DNA from: Nitrososphaerota archaeon
Lineage (GTDB): Archaea > Thermoproteota > Nitrososphaeria > Nitrososphaerales > Gagatemarchaeaceae
Assembly (NCBI GenBank): GCA_029785615.1
Contig: JAFLZH010000004.1
Span: 20,545 to 84,544 of the forward strand
Direction: 5' to 3'
DNA length: 64,000 nucleotides
Shown here: positions 53,077 to 62,299 of the stretch, one piece after another
How the letters are laid out: every line of letters starts with the position of its first letter
Numbering within the stretch: position 1 is the first letter of the stretch
The notes under the pieces: model-generated
What the model saw: only the letters and a program-made list of their open reading frames with translations
The model's database searches: none
Told to the model about the DNA's origin: nothing
Position numbers and translations under genes: made by a program

Positions 53077-56000
53077 CTACGGACGGAGAATTGAAGTCTG
53101 AAGAAGCGAAGAAATGTCGAAGAGAGCAGAAAATCCGGAACCGTGACAGTTTCGAGCCAGGACAGGCAAAGCCTGGGCGGAGGGAAGACACCTCTGCTGG
53201 GAATCATATTTCCCGAGCTTCGTCTGGAGCTCCTCCTCTTCCTTCCTGCGTCGCTTCCCCGCGATGAGGAAGAACCACGCGAAGAAGAATACAAGGGAGC
53301 CCACGAGCATGGGGATGATGAAGAACCAAATCCATGATATCTGGCTCGCAATGCCGACACGAGTGGGCACGCTCTGAAGGTTCCCGATAGCAAAGTTGGT
53401 CCCGCCCAGTCTGGCTATCGGGACAGTCCCGCAGATTGTGAATCCCGCTGTCGTAATGTCAGATGGATTCACCCAGGTGCTCCCGTTCCAGTATTGCATT
53501 CCGGTGCCGGCACCGACAATGGAATTGGTGATGCAGACGTGGGCGTTCAACCCGGTCGGGATGGTCCCGTTACCGACTACGAACACGTCGAAGTATCTGA
53601 TCGCACCGGTAAAGGTCTCGGCGGTGACTCCGTAGGAGGGCAGGGTGAGGTTCGCGAGCTCGATTCTGAGCGTCGTGCCGGGGGCGTTCCCGAGGCCAGG
53701 GATGGAGACCGAGATTCCCGTCGTGGCCGTCTCGTCGACGACGGCCGTGCCGTTGGTCGAGGTCACTGGGAAGACGTCCGAGTGGTAGTTGCCGACGTTC
53801 GTGACTATGAAGGTCGTTGTCGCCACGTCTCCGGGGCGGGTCGCCACGTCGCTCCCGGTCGCGGTGACAGTTTCGGCCCCGGGGGGAGAAGATGGGACGC
53901 TGAACGTAGCCGAGAAGGTCCCGTTGGGACCTACAGTCGCTGCGGCTACCGTACCTCTGCTTATCACGATGTTGACCGTCGCACCAGGAGTGAACCCGGT
54001 TCCGTCCACGGTCACTGGAGTACCTGTGAGCCCCGAAGTCGGCGTGATAGCGATGGCGGGACCTCCAGCCGGAGCGGTAGTGAGGATAAAGACCGCGTAG
54101 GCGACGATTTGCCCGGTGCTAGCGTCGCTTACGACCACCAAGCCATTCTGGCCGAAGGCAGTGAGGACGGTTAGGGGAGGGACGGCGCCTGAGGAAGTTG
54201 AGGTGAACTCGTAGGTCGTCGGACATGGGGACATGGTGCTGAGAGTGACGCCCGGCTCGAAGCAGTAGTAGTAGTTACCACCAGGCGAGAAGTTGGAGCC
54301 GCTGAGGAAGATCAGTGTTCCCGGCGGGCCGGAGGTCGGCGTGATGGTGATGACGGTGGTGGACCCGACAGCCACCGTGTCCACGGGAGAACACGCGCTT
54401 TCAGGGGTGTGGGCCGAGTCGGTGACTTTGTAGGAGTATACCGTCGAGGTGGACGGTGAGGGAGAGAAGCTGGCAGCTGTCGCACCTGAGACAGGGCTGG
54501 CGCACCCTGCTCCCGCGTACCACTGGTAGGAGTATGGGGCTGTCCCGCCTGAGGGGCTGGCCGAGAGGCGGATGGACTGCCCAGCGCTGATGGTCGGGGC
54601 GGAGGGAGTTATCGGTCCGGCGATGAGCTCGCCGTTTACTGTCACGGCGTCACCCCCCACGCAGGACTTGGTGCCCGTCGCGTCGGTCACCTGGACCCAG
54701 TAGGTGGTGGTCGTGGAGGGTGAGACGGTGAAGCTCGAGCTGGTTCCCGATACCTGGCCGCTGCAGTCTGCCCCGGTGAACCACTCGTAGGAATAAGGAC
54801 CAACGCCGCCACTGGGAGTTATGGTGAGGGTGATTGGTTGGCCGCCGTCGATGGAAGGTGAAGGTGGTTCTATCCCGCCAGGCGATAGGGTGGAGCCGTA
54901 GGTGACAGAGCTGGAAGAAGTCGCGGTGTTGCCGTCAGCGTCGGTGACGGTCAGGCCGACGGAGTAGCTTCCAGGGGCCCTGGCGATGACGGTGCATGAC
55001 TGGTCGGAAGGCCCGCACCCCGAGGCGACGGACATTCCGCCTGGGAGGTTCCATGAGTAGGTGTAGGGTGAGGTACCGCCCGAGGCGGTTGCGGTGAACG
55101 TGACGGGCGAACCCAAGGTCGCGCTCACGGGAGCTGACACCAGGACGGAAAGGGGCGCAGGGCCGACCTTGAGGGTCGCCGGGGAAGAGGTCGAAACATC
55201 GTTGGCGCTGTCCGTGACCCTTACGCTCACCGAGTAGGACCCTGGGGCGGCGGAGGTCACTGTGCAGGTGTCGGCGGTGGAGTCGCACCCTGACACCACC
55301 GTGACGCCTGAGGGAATGCTCCAGTAGTAGGTATACGGCGAAGTGCCGCCTGTGGGGGTAACTCTGAAGGTGACGTCACTCCCCGCTTGAATTGTCGCGG
55401 TCGAAGGCGACAGCGGCCCCGCATGGAGCGAAGGCAGGGGAGCTGGGCTGTTTACCGTTACAGTGTCCCCCGCGGAACAGGCAGACTCAGGCGTTGAAGC
55501 AGAGTCGGTGACTTGGTAGTAGTAGGCGGTCGTAGAGGAGGGCGAAGCATCGTATGTAGAGGAGATTGCTCCGCTTATGGGGCTGGTGCAGCCAGCTCCA
55601 GTGAACCATTGATACGCGTAGGCGGTGGTACCGCCGTTCGGGTTTGCAGTAAGGAGCACCGATGAGCCGCTGGAGATGGTAGGCGATGGAGGTGTTATGG
55701 CTCCTGCGCTCAGGGCCGGGTTGACGGTCACCGCCACGGGGCTGGACGTCGAGACTGCGCCAGTCACGCTGTCGACGACGGTTGCACAGTAGTAGGTAGT
55801 TGAAGCGGGCGAGACGGAGACGCCAGTGAGCGGGCTCGTTCCGATGTTGGCATGCGCCGAACCTACTTGGGTGATGTCGAGGGCGCAACTTGTGGACGAG
55901 GAACCGCTGTAAATCGTTATCGTGAAGTCTGCCGTCCCGCCGGTCCAAGACACTTGGAGGGTGCCCGACTGCCCGCTGTCCAGAACGGCGGGTGAAGGCG

Positions 56001-59000
56001 TCGCGGTGACCCCGGAGATCGCCGCGTTGACCGTTACCAAGTCGGTTGGGGAGCTTACAGCCGGAGGATTGGTCGAGGCGTCTGTAACTTCGTAACAGTA
56101 GTAGGTGTTGGAAGTCGGCGATACCAACTGGATGGATGAGGTACCCAGGGGTGTCGTATCAGAGGTACAGGCCGCACTGGACCCTGAGTACCACTGGTAG
56201 GTGTACGAACCGGTTCCGCCTGATGGGTGGGCGGTGAGGGTCAATGATTGGCCGCTGTCGATCGTGGGGGATGCTGGGGTGATGGCTCCAGCCGAAAGAG
56301 CAGTGTCAACAGCTACCTGGTCCGTAGCTGAGCTAGTCGTGGGCGGGTTGGTGGATGTGTCAGATATGCTGTAGCAGTAGTAGGTGTTCGAGGTCGGCGA
56401 CACTACCTGAGCGGATGACGTCCCGAGCGTTGCGGTGTCAGAGGAACAGGTGGAGCTCGAACCTGAATACCATTGGTAGGTGTACGCCCCCGTCCCTCCT
56501 GACGGATGCGCCGTGAGGGTTACCGACTGTCCATTGTCGACGGTCGGGGAAGAGGGAGTGACTGCGCCGGCCGAAAGAGCGGAATCCACTGTGACCAAGT
56601 CGGTCGCCGATGACACCGTGGGAGGGTTCGTCGAAGTGTCCGACAGTGAATAGCAGTAGTATGTGTTGGTTGTGGGTGAAACCACCTGTGTGGAAGCAGT
56701 TCCCAGTGTGGCGGTGTCAGAAGCACAGGAGGTGCTTGACCCGGAGTACCACTTGTATGTGTAGGAGCCGGTTCCGCCTGATGGATTAGCCGTAAGGGTG
56801 ACGGACTGGCCGCTGTCTATGGTAGGACCATTTGGGGTCATTGCCCCCGCTGAAAGTGTACTGTCTACGGTAACTGCGTCGCCAGATGAGCAAGAGGTAG
56901 TTGAAGTGGAGTCAGTCACCTTGACGTAGTACGTGGTAGAGGAGCCAGGCGAGGCAGCAAGAGTGGAGGCCGTCGCTCCAGATATAGGAGAGGTGCTGCA
57001 GTCAGAGGAGGTATACCACTGATAGGTATAGGGGCTGGTCCCGCCGCTGGGATTGACAGCCAGCGTGACAGATTGACCGTTGTCTATTGTGGGAGATGAG
57101 GGGGAGATGGTTCCTGCAGCAAGGGGGACGTTGACTGTCACCAGGTCTGTGGCAGAATTCACGGTTGGAGTGTTGGTCGAAGTGTCCGTGACGGAGTAGC
57201 AATAGTAGGTATTCGACGTCGGAGATGGAGCGTAAGTCGATGAAGTCTGCCCGCTCACCGCCGAATCCGAGGAACAGGCCGCGCTGGACCCTGAGTACCA
57301 CTGGTAGGCGTAGGAGCCGGTACCGCCCGAGGGGTGAGCCGTCAGGGTGACTGATACACCGCTGTTGATGGTCGGGCTAGTGGGGGTAATCGCGCCGGCA
57401 GTCAGCGCGGAATCCACTGTGACAAGATTGGCGGCCGAGGTCGACGTTGGCGGGTTGGTCGATGAATCTGTCACCGAGTAGCAGTAGTATATGTTTGATG
57501 TGGGTGAGACCGCCTGGGTTGAAGCGGTTCCAAGTGTCGTAATGTCGGACGAACACGTTGAACTCGAACCAGAGTACCACTGATACGTATAGGACCCGGT
57601 CCCACCGGACGGATGGGCTGTCAATGTGACGGACTGTCCGCTGTCGATGATTGGAGATGTCGGGGTCACAGCACCGGCAGCCAGTATTGCATCTACCGTC
57701 ACTGTGAAAGTGCTTGAGCTTGCGGTTGGGGTCGGGGAAGAACCTGAAGTCACTCCGGCATCCGTGACGATATAGCAGTAGTAGTAGGTGCCAGCAGAAG
57801 TCGACGTTGGGACAGTATAGGTTGAAGATGTCGCCCCGCTGATGGAGGCATCGCTCGTGCTGCATGTTCCAGGGCTGCTGGCGCTGTACCATTGGTAAGC
57901 GAAAGTCCCCGTGCCTCCTGAAGGATGCGAAGTCAACAACAGCGACTGGCCGCTGTCGATGGTTGATCCTGGTGCTGTGATAGCTCCTGCAGAGGGGGAG
58001 CTGTCGACGGTGACGGCGTCCCCGCTCGAGCAACTTGTAGCGCTCGTCGAGTCGGTGACCAGCACGTAGTAGGTGGTTGTCGACGACGGAAACGGGGAGA
58101 AGGTTTGCGAAGTCCCTAGCACCGAGCCGCTGCAACCCGAGCCGGAGTACCATTGGTAGGTGTAGCCGGGGTTCCCTCCGGTGGGGTTGGCAGTGAGGGT
58201 CACCGACTGGCTGCTATCGATGGTCACGGGGGATGGAGAGATGGCTCCTGCAGAAAGGACGTTGTTTACGGTAAGGGAAGATCCTGACGTGGGAGAAGCC
58301 GCAGAATTCGAGTTGGCGTCGGTGACCTTGGCACAGTAGTAGTAAGTGTTGGCGGAGCCCGGCGAAGTGAAACTCAGAGTTTGTGGCGACGATGACGCGC
58401 CGGTCACCTGTCCAGCCTGAGTGTCGGCGCTCGAGCAGGAAGAACTCGACGTGCTGTAATAGAGGGTGACCGTGAAGGTTCCGGTCCCGCCTGACCATGA
58501 GACGCTTACAGAGTCAGACGTGGTGGGCCCGACAGGGTCCGCCGCGAACGACCCGAGCGAAACGCTGGACGGGAGCGGGTTCGCCGTGACTGTCGTCGGG
58601 GTCGAGGTCGTGGTTACCGGGGTCGAGGCGCTGTCGGTCACCTTCAGCTCGAATGAGTAGACACCGGATGTTGTGAGGGTCCCCGTGGACTGAGTGTAGG
58701 TCGTGACCCCGGCGCTGCATGAGAAGGAAGAGCCCAGGTTGCTGTAGCTGCTGGCGCCAGGGGCCTCCTGCAGCCACTGACAAGTGTAGGATGATGTGCC
58801 GCCGCTGAAGGCCGAGGTGACAGTGAGCGATGTCGAACCGCCCACGTCGAAGGCCGGTGACGCTTGAGAGATAGCAGGGGCGCTCAACGGTGTGTTCACG
58901 GTAACCTGATCGGTGCCAGACCCGGATGTGGGAGCGGGAGTCGACCCGGACGTCACCCCCGTGTCAGTGATGATGTAGCAGTAGTAGTAGATCCCGGACG

Positions 59001-60501
59001 TGGTTGAGGTCGGAACTGCGTAGGAAGCAGAGGTGGCGCCGCTGATCGGTGCGTCACCAGTGGTGCAGGTTCCGGGAGAGCTTGCGGTGTACCATTGGTA
59101 GGTGAAGGTTCCAGTGCCCCCTGTGGGAGCTGGGGCTGTGAGTAGGACGGACTGACCCTGGTCGATCACAGGGGTCGAGGGTGTTACCGACCCTGCCACA
59201 GGCGCGCTGTCAACGGCGACCGCGTCCCCGCTGGAGCAGGCCGTCGCGTGGGTCGGCGTTGCCGAGTCTGTGACATATACGAAGTAGGTTCCGGCCGACG
59301 AGACAGAAAGGGAGGACGCCGTGCCCAGGACCGTCCCTGAGCACCCTGACCCAGAATACCACTGGTAAGTATAGGGTGAGGTGCCGCCATATGGGTTCGC
59401 AGCAAGCGAAATCGACTGCCCGCTGTCAATGGTCGGAGTGGAAGGCGAGATGGCGCCTGCATTCAGAGCGACGGCGGTCACGGCGACTGTAGCAGGCGTC
59501 GAAAACCCCTGAGGTGTAGGTGAATTCGACCCGTCGGACACTTGAAGCTCAAAGCTCCAAGTCCCGGATGTTGTGAGGGTCCCCGTGGACTGAGTGTAGG
59601 TCGTGACCCCGGCGCTGCATGAGAAGGAAGAGCCCAGGTTGCTGTAGCTGCTGGCGCCAGGGGCCTCCTGCAGCCACTGACAAGTGTATGGTGAGGCACC
59701 TCCGCTGAATCCGGAGGTCATCGATAGAGAGGAACTCTGACCCTGGTCTATAGACGACGGCGTGGCCGCGATGGTGGGAGCGACCAGCGCTGGGTTTACA
59801 GTGATGGTCACTTCAGCCGTCGCCGTGTCGGTTGTGACCGTGTCAGTGACGATCAGGCAGAAGTAGTAAGTGCCTGCGGCGGCCGGCGTGTAGTCCAAGG
59901 TCGATGACGTATAGGAGGAGCCCAGGCTCGTCAATGAAGAACATGAAGCGTCTGTGCTTGAGTACCACTGGTAGGTGAAACCGTCTGTTGTCGCACAGTT
60001 TATCGTAGTAGTGACTTTGAAGTCCTCGCCCTTGTTGATCTTCTGATTGGGATTGTTGAATGTGATGCACCCTGTCGTGCCGTAGGCTGCAGAGGTGATC
60101 GGTGTCCCGGTAGCGCAGGTGGAGTTGGCGCATACAATAATGAAGACATTTCCGAACGAGGAGCTTGGGACCGTGTCAGTGATGCCGGACGGTATGTTGC
60201 CAGAGGCATCAGTGGTGAAGGTCCCGTCGGGATGGGATGAGGATGGAGTGCTGCCGGCGTCCAGGCACAGGTTAGAGTGCGCCGTTCCTGACGCAAAGCA
60301 GTACCCTTCCACTGTGTTGGCAGAGTAACCTGTGCCCGACAGCGTGACGACCGTCCCCTGGCCGCCGGAGGACGGGTTTATCGCCAGGGTCGCTGTGCCG
60401 CTGCCAGCGCGCGTTGGGCCAGCAACTGGGATGATGGCGAGCGTGGCCGAGGTCAGCAGCAGGACCGCGACCAGCAGAGACCTTAGCGCACGGGAGTTCA
60501 C
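53077..60501 (-). CDS. Giant secreted, C-terminally membrane-anchored surface protein built from about 20 tandem Ig-like/beta-sandwich repeats
   Basis: 2474 aa with a GTG start. Signal peptide LLVAVLLLTSATLAIIPVAG. Repeats of about 90-100 aa each carry Y(T/A)YQWY(S/T)GS..C. It is extremely Thr/Ser/Gly-rich, with a C-terminal TM helix (WIWFFIIPMLVGSLVFFFAWFFLIAG) followed by KRRRKEEEE. Confidence 0.85.
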   Translation of the reverse strand: MNSRALRSLLVAVLLLTSATLAIIPVAGPTRAGSGTATLAINPSSGGQGTVVTLSGTGYSANTVEGYCFASGTAHSNLCLDAGSTPSSSHPDGTFTTDASGNIPSGITDTVPSSSFGNVFIIVCANSTCATGTPITSAAYGTTGCITFNNPNQKINKGEDFKVTTTINCATTDGFTYQWYSSTDASCSSLTSLGSSYTSSTLDYTPAAAGTYYFCLIVTDTVTTDTATAEVTITVNPALVAPTIAATPSSIDQGQSSSLSMTSGFSGGASPYTCQWLQEAPGASSYSNLGSSFSCSAGVTTYTQSTGTLTTSGTWSFELQVSDGSNSPTPQGFSTPATVAVTAVALNAGAISPSTPTIDSGQSISLAANPYGGTSPYTYQWYSGSGCSGTVLGTASSLSVSSAGTYFVYVTDSATPTHATACSSGDAVAVDSAPVAGSVTPSTPVIDQGQSVLLTAPAPTGGTGTFTYQWYTASSPGTCTTGDAPISGATSASYAVPTSTTSGIYYYCYIITDTGVTSGSTPAPTSGSGTDQVTVNTPLSAPAISQASPAFDVGGSTSLTVTSAFSGGTSSYTCQWLQEAPGASSYSNLGSSFSCSAGVTTYTQSTGTLTTSGVYSFELKVTDSASTPVTTTSTPTTVTANPLPSSVSLGSFAADPVGPTTSDSVSVSWSGGTGTFTVTLYYSTSSSSCSSADTQAGQVTGASSSPQTLSFTSPGSANTYYYCAKVTDANSNSAASPTSGSSLTVNNVLSAGAISPSPVTIDSSQSVTLTANPTGGNPGYTYQWYSGSGCSGSVLGTSQTFSPFPSSTTTYYVLVTDSTSATSCSSGDAVTVDSSPSAGAITAPGSTIDSGQSLLLTSHPSGGTGTFAYQWYSASSPGTCSTSDASISGATSSTYTVPTSTSAGTYYYCYIVTDAGVTSGSSPTPTASSSTFTVTVDAILAAGAVTPTSPIIDSGQSVTLTAHPSGGTGSYTYQWYSGSSSTCSSDITTLGTASTQAVSPTSNIYYCYSVTDSSTNPPTSTSAANLVTVDSALTAGAITPTSPTINSGVSVTLTAHPSGGTGSYAYQWYSGSSAACSSDSAVSGQTSSTYAPSPTSNTYYCYSVTDTSTNTPTVNSATDLVTVNVPLAAGTISPSSPTIDNGQSVTLAVNPSGGTSPYTYQWYTSSDCSTSPISGATASTLAASPGSSTTYYVKVTDSTSTTSCSSGDAVTVDSTLSAGAMTPNGPTIDSGQSVTLTANPSGGTGSYTYKWYSGSSTSCASDTATLGTASTQVVSPTTNTYYCYSLSDTSTNPPTVSSATDLVTVDSALSAGAVTPSSPTVDNGQSVTLTAHPSGGTGAYTYQWYSGSSSTCSSDTATLGTSSAQVVSPTSNTYYCYSISDTSTNPPTTSSATDQVAVDTALSAGAITPASPTIDSGQSLTLTAHPSGGTGSYTYQWYSGSSAACTSDTTPLGTSSIQLVSPTSNTYYCYEVTDASTNPPAVSSPTDLVTVNAAISGVTATPSPAVLDSGQSGTLQVSWTGGTADFTITIYSGSSSTSCALDITQVGSAHANIGTSPLTGVSVSPASTTYYCATVVDSVTGAVSTSSPVAVTVNPALSAGAITPPSPTISSGSSVLLTANPNGGTTAYAYQWFTGAGCTSPISGAISSTYDASPSSTTAYYYQVTDSASTPESACSAGDTVTVNSPAPLPSLHAGPLSPSTATIQAGSDVTFRVTPTGGTSPYTYYWSIPSGVTVVSGCDSTADTCTVTSAAPGSYSVSVRVTDSANDVSTSSPATLKVGPAPLSVLVSAPVSATLGSPVTFTATASGGTSPYTYSWNLPGGMSVASGCGPSDQSCTVIARAPGSYSVGLTVTDADGNTATSSSSVTYGSTLSPGGIEPPSPSIDGGQPITLTITPSGGVGPYSYEWFTGADCSGQVSGTSSSFTVSPSTTTTYWVQVTDATGTKSCVGGDAVTVNGELIAGPITPSAPTISAGQSIRLSASPSGGTAPYSYQWYAGAGCASPVSGATAASFSPSPSTSTVYSYKVTDSAHTPESACSPVDTVAVGSTTVITITPTSGPPGTLIFLSGSNFSPGGNYYYCFEPGVTLSTMSPCPTTYEFTSTSSGAVPPLTVLTAFGQNGLVVVSDASTGQIVAYAVFILTTAPAGGPAIAITPTSGLTGTPVTVDGTGFTPGATVNIVISRGTVAAATVGPNGTFSATFSVPSSPPGAETVTATGSDVATRPGDVATTTFIVTNVGNYHSDVFPVTSTNGTAVVDETATTGISVSIPGLGNAPGTTLRIELANLTLPSYGVTAETFTGAIRYFDVFVVGNGTIPTGLNAHVCITNSIVGAGTGMQYWNGSTWVNPSDITTAGFTICGTVPIARLGGTNFAIGNLQSVPTRVGIASQISWIWFFIIPMLVGSLVFFFAWFFLIAGKRRRKEEEELQTKLGKYDSQQRCLPSAQALPVLARNCHGSGFSALFDISSLLQTSILRP
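58664..58788. repeat. 125-bp perfect direct repeat, copy 1 (copy 2 at 59564-59688)
   Basis: Identical by eye from CCGGATGTTGTGAGGGTCCCCGTGGAC... to ...CAGCCACTGACAAGTGTA. The offset is exactly 900 bp, and both copies lie inside the giant gene. Confidence 0.9.
59564..59688. repeat. 125-bp perfect direct repeat, copy 2
   Basis: See copy 1. It encodes CQWLQEAPGASSYSNLGSSFSCSAGVTTYTQSTGTLTTSG in both repeat units. Confidence 0.9.
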
Positions 60502-60504
60502 GAT

Positions 60505-61044
60505 CTATCTCCTCGCCACCACTACCTCGCAGACGTCGTCCCCCTTCGAGGTGCAGAGCTCCTCCCAGGCCCTGAACTGCTCTCCCTCGAGGACGCTCAT
60601 TGTCCCCTTCAGTAGTCCTACTGTGAAATGGCAGAGCGGAGTCTCGCCCCCGAGCCTCAGCTTGTTGAAGGCGCATCCCTTGATCCTGAAGTTGACCTGG
60701 TCAGATTTGTGCGATGTGAAAGCCTTTAGGACATCCGAGTCGAACACGAACTGCCCCCACCCCACCTCGCTGAGGCTCGCTACGATGTCCGCCATCGAAT
60801 CCTCGGTGAACGGCGTCTCCTTCTTCTGTCGGGTCGCGAGCTCGGCACCAAGCGCCCCGCCGATTTCGTCCATTATGATGGGGGCCCTGGACGGGTCGCA
60901 GGTGTAGATCCGCTTGCAGATAGAGCTCCAGGTGTCTATGTCGACGGCTACGACTCTCCGCCCGTCCCTGACGCTGGTCAGCACTCCGGGGATGGTGTGC
61001 GTGAAAGGACGTGGGTTCTCGGAGGAATGCGGCAGTAGTACCAA
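60505..61044 (-). CDS. V4R-domain (4-vinyl-reductase-like small-molecule-binding) protein
   Basis: GGALGAELA ... SEVGWGQFVF ... FRIKGCAF ... PLCHFTVGLLKGTMSVL ... EELCTSKGDDVCEVVV matches the V4R pattern (GwG, C.f..G.l.G, E..C...Gd..C.f). The stop lies 3 nt before the giant gene's start codon. Confidence 0.65.
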   Translation of the reverse strand: MVLLPHSSENPRPFTHTIPGVLTSVRDGRRVVAVDIDTWSSICKRIYTCDPSRAPIIMDEIGGALGAELATRQKKETPFTEDSMADIVASLSEVGWGQFVFDSDVLKAFTSHKSDQVNFRIKGCAFNKLRLGGETPLCHFTVGLLKGTMSVLEGEQFRAWEELCTSKGDDVCEVVVARR

Positions 61045-61047
61045 GTG

Positions 61048-61068
61048 TTTAACTGTTCAACTGTTAAA
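61048..61068. promoter_or_regulatory. Two overlapping copies of a 12-nt motif (TTTAACTGTTCA / TCAACTGTTAAA) in the V4R-KaiC divergent spacer
   Basis: Related copies TCAACAATTAAA (62250-62261) and TCAACAGTTAAA (62283-62294) lie in the next divergent spacer. A TATA-like ATTATATAA follows at about 61074-61082. Confidence 0.5.
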
Positions 61069-61153
61069 CTCGTAATTATATAAGCTCAGCGCCACGCCTT
61101 CGACCACATCGCTCCCAGAAAGGGACATAAGCCGATTAGATTCCCACCAGAAC

Positions 61154-61882
61154 GTGCGACGGCTTCCTACCGGCGTGGAAGGCCTGGACGAGATTCTTGG
61201 CGGAGGGTTCGTCCCGGGAAGCTGCGTGACCATATCAGGGGGCCCGGGGAGCGGGAAGTCGACGCTTTGCTCACAGTTCCTATACCACGGGTACAAGGAA
61301 CTGGGGGAGAACGGGGTTTATGTCACCTGCACAGAGAGCCCCGAGGAGATCAAGAATAACTTCAGGGACCATGGGTGGGACATCGACGAAGCAATTCGCA
61401 AGGGGAAGATCAAGATCCTCGACATGAGGCCTGTCCTAGCTACCGAGTCGGGACTAATCACCAGAAACGAGGCGCTCTTCGAAGGGGAGACCATCCCGTT
61501 CAGCGTGGTCGCCAAGGGAACCCTGGATGAAATCAGACGGTCACATGCGAGGAGGGTAGTTCTCGACTCTATCACCACCATAGCGATGCAGTACTCTGGC
61601 GAGTTCCAAGTGAGGCAGGGGCTGCTGGGGCTTGTCCAGGGGCTGTCGAACGAAGACTGCGTCAGCCTTCTGATCGTCGAGACAATCGGGGCCAAGAACA
61701 TCATCCCGGCCGAGTGGGCGCTTTCGCACGGCGTGGTCCTGCTCAACTACACCAGCGAAGCGGCCGAGGTAATCAGGTCGATACAGGTGGTCAAGATGCG
61801 AAGGACGGCGCACGACCAGGCTGTCTATGGAATGGAAGTCAGCAAGGATGGGATAGTCGTCCACACCGATGTTAAGGTCTAG
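61154..61882 (+). CDS. Single-domain KaiC/RadA-like (RecA-superfamily) ATPase
   Basis: LPTGVEGLDEILGGGFVPGSCVTISGGPGSGKSTLCSQFLY (Walker A), RVVLDSIT (Walker B); 242 aa. Confidence 0.8.
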   Translation: MRRLPTGVEGLDEILGGGFVPGSCVTISGGPGSGKSTLCSQFLYHGYKELGENGVYVTCTESPEEIKNNFRDHGWDIDEAIRKGKIKILDMRPVLATESGLITRNEALFEGETIPFSVVAKGTLDEIRRSHARRVVLDSITTIAMQYSGEFQVRQGLLGLVQGLSNEDCVSLLIVETIGAKNIIPAEWALSHGVVLLNYTSEAAEVIRSIQVVKMRRTAHDQAVYGMEVSKDGIVVHTDVKV

Positions 61883-61884
61883 AG

Positions 61885-62238
61885 TCAGTATAGGTTCGCG
61901 AGCCTGAAGAAGACCTTCTTCCCGACCCTCTTGCGCGCCAGCGCGCCAAGCCTGACTAGCTGGTTCAGGTAGATTGTCTCCACGCTTCGGTTTCTTCCTG
62001 TCTTCTGACCTACCGCGGAGGCGTCGGCTTCGCCGAGAACCCGCATCGCCTGGAGGGACTTCGTCAACGAGTTAGGGAGCTCACCGAGCTTCAGGTCGCC
62101 CAGGGCCGAACCGGGTTTGGGGAGGGATACTCCTGCCCTGAGCATCTCCTCTAGCGCGGTGACGCGAGCTTCAAGCCGCTTGAGTTTGCTGGCCGTGTCG
62201 TTCCTATGCGTGGTGTTAGACAAATAGAGCTTGGTCAT
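61885..62238 (-). CDS. Small coiled-coil + winged-helix DNA-binding protein
   Basis: LKRLEARVTALEEML followed by a wHTH-like segment (MRVLGEADASAVGQKTGRNRSVETIYLNQLVRLGALARKRVGKKVFFRL). I prefer the ATG at 62238 over the tracked TTG at 62256. Confidence 0.55.
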   Translation of the reverse strand: MTKLYLSNTTHRNDTASKLKRLEARVTALEEMLRAGVSLPKPGSALGDLKLGELPNSLTKSLQAMRVLGEADASAVGQKTGRNRSVETIYLNQLVRLGALARKRVGKKVFFRLANLY

Positions 62239-62299
62239 TGGAGAAGTGTTCAACAATTAAACCCTCTCCCGAATCCGCGCCCTCAACAGTTAAAACGAG

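Noticed and set aside
53077-60501. The tandem repeats considered as a possible CRISPR array or satellite.
   Set aside because: The repeats are in-frame protein repeats of about 270-300 bp with no short repeat/spacer periodicity. No cas genes lie in the window.
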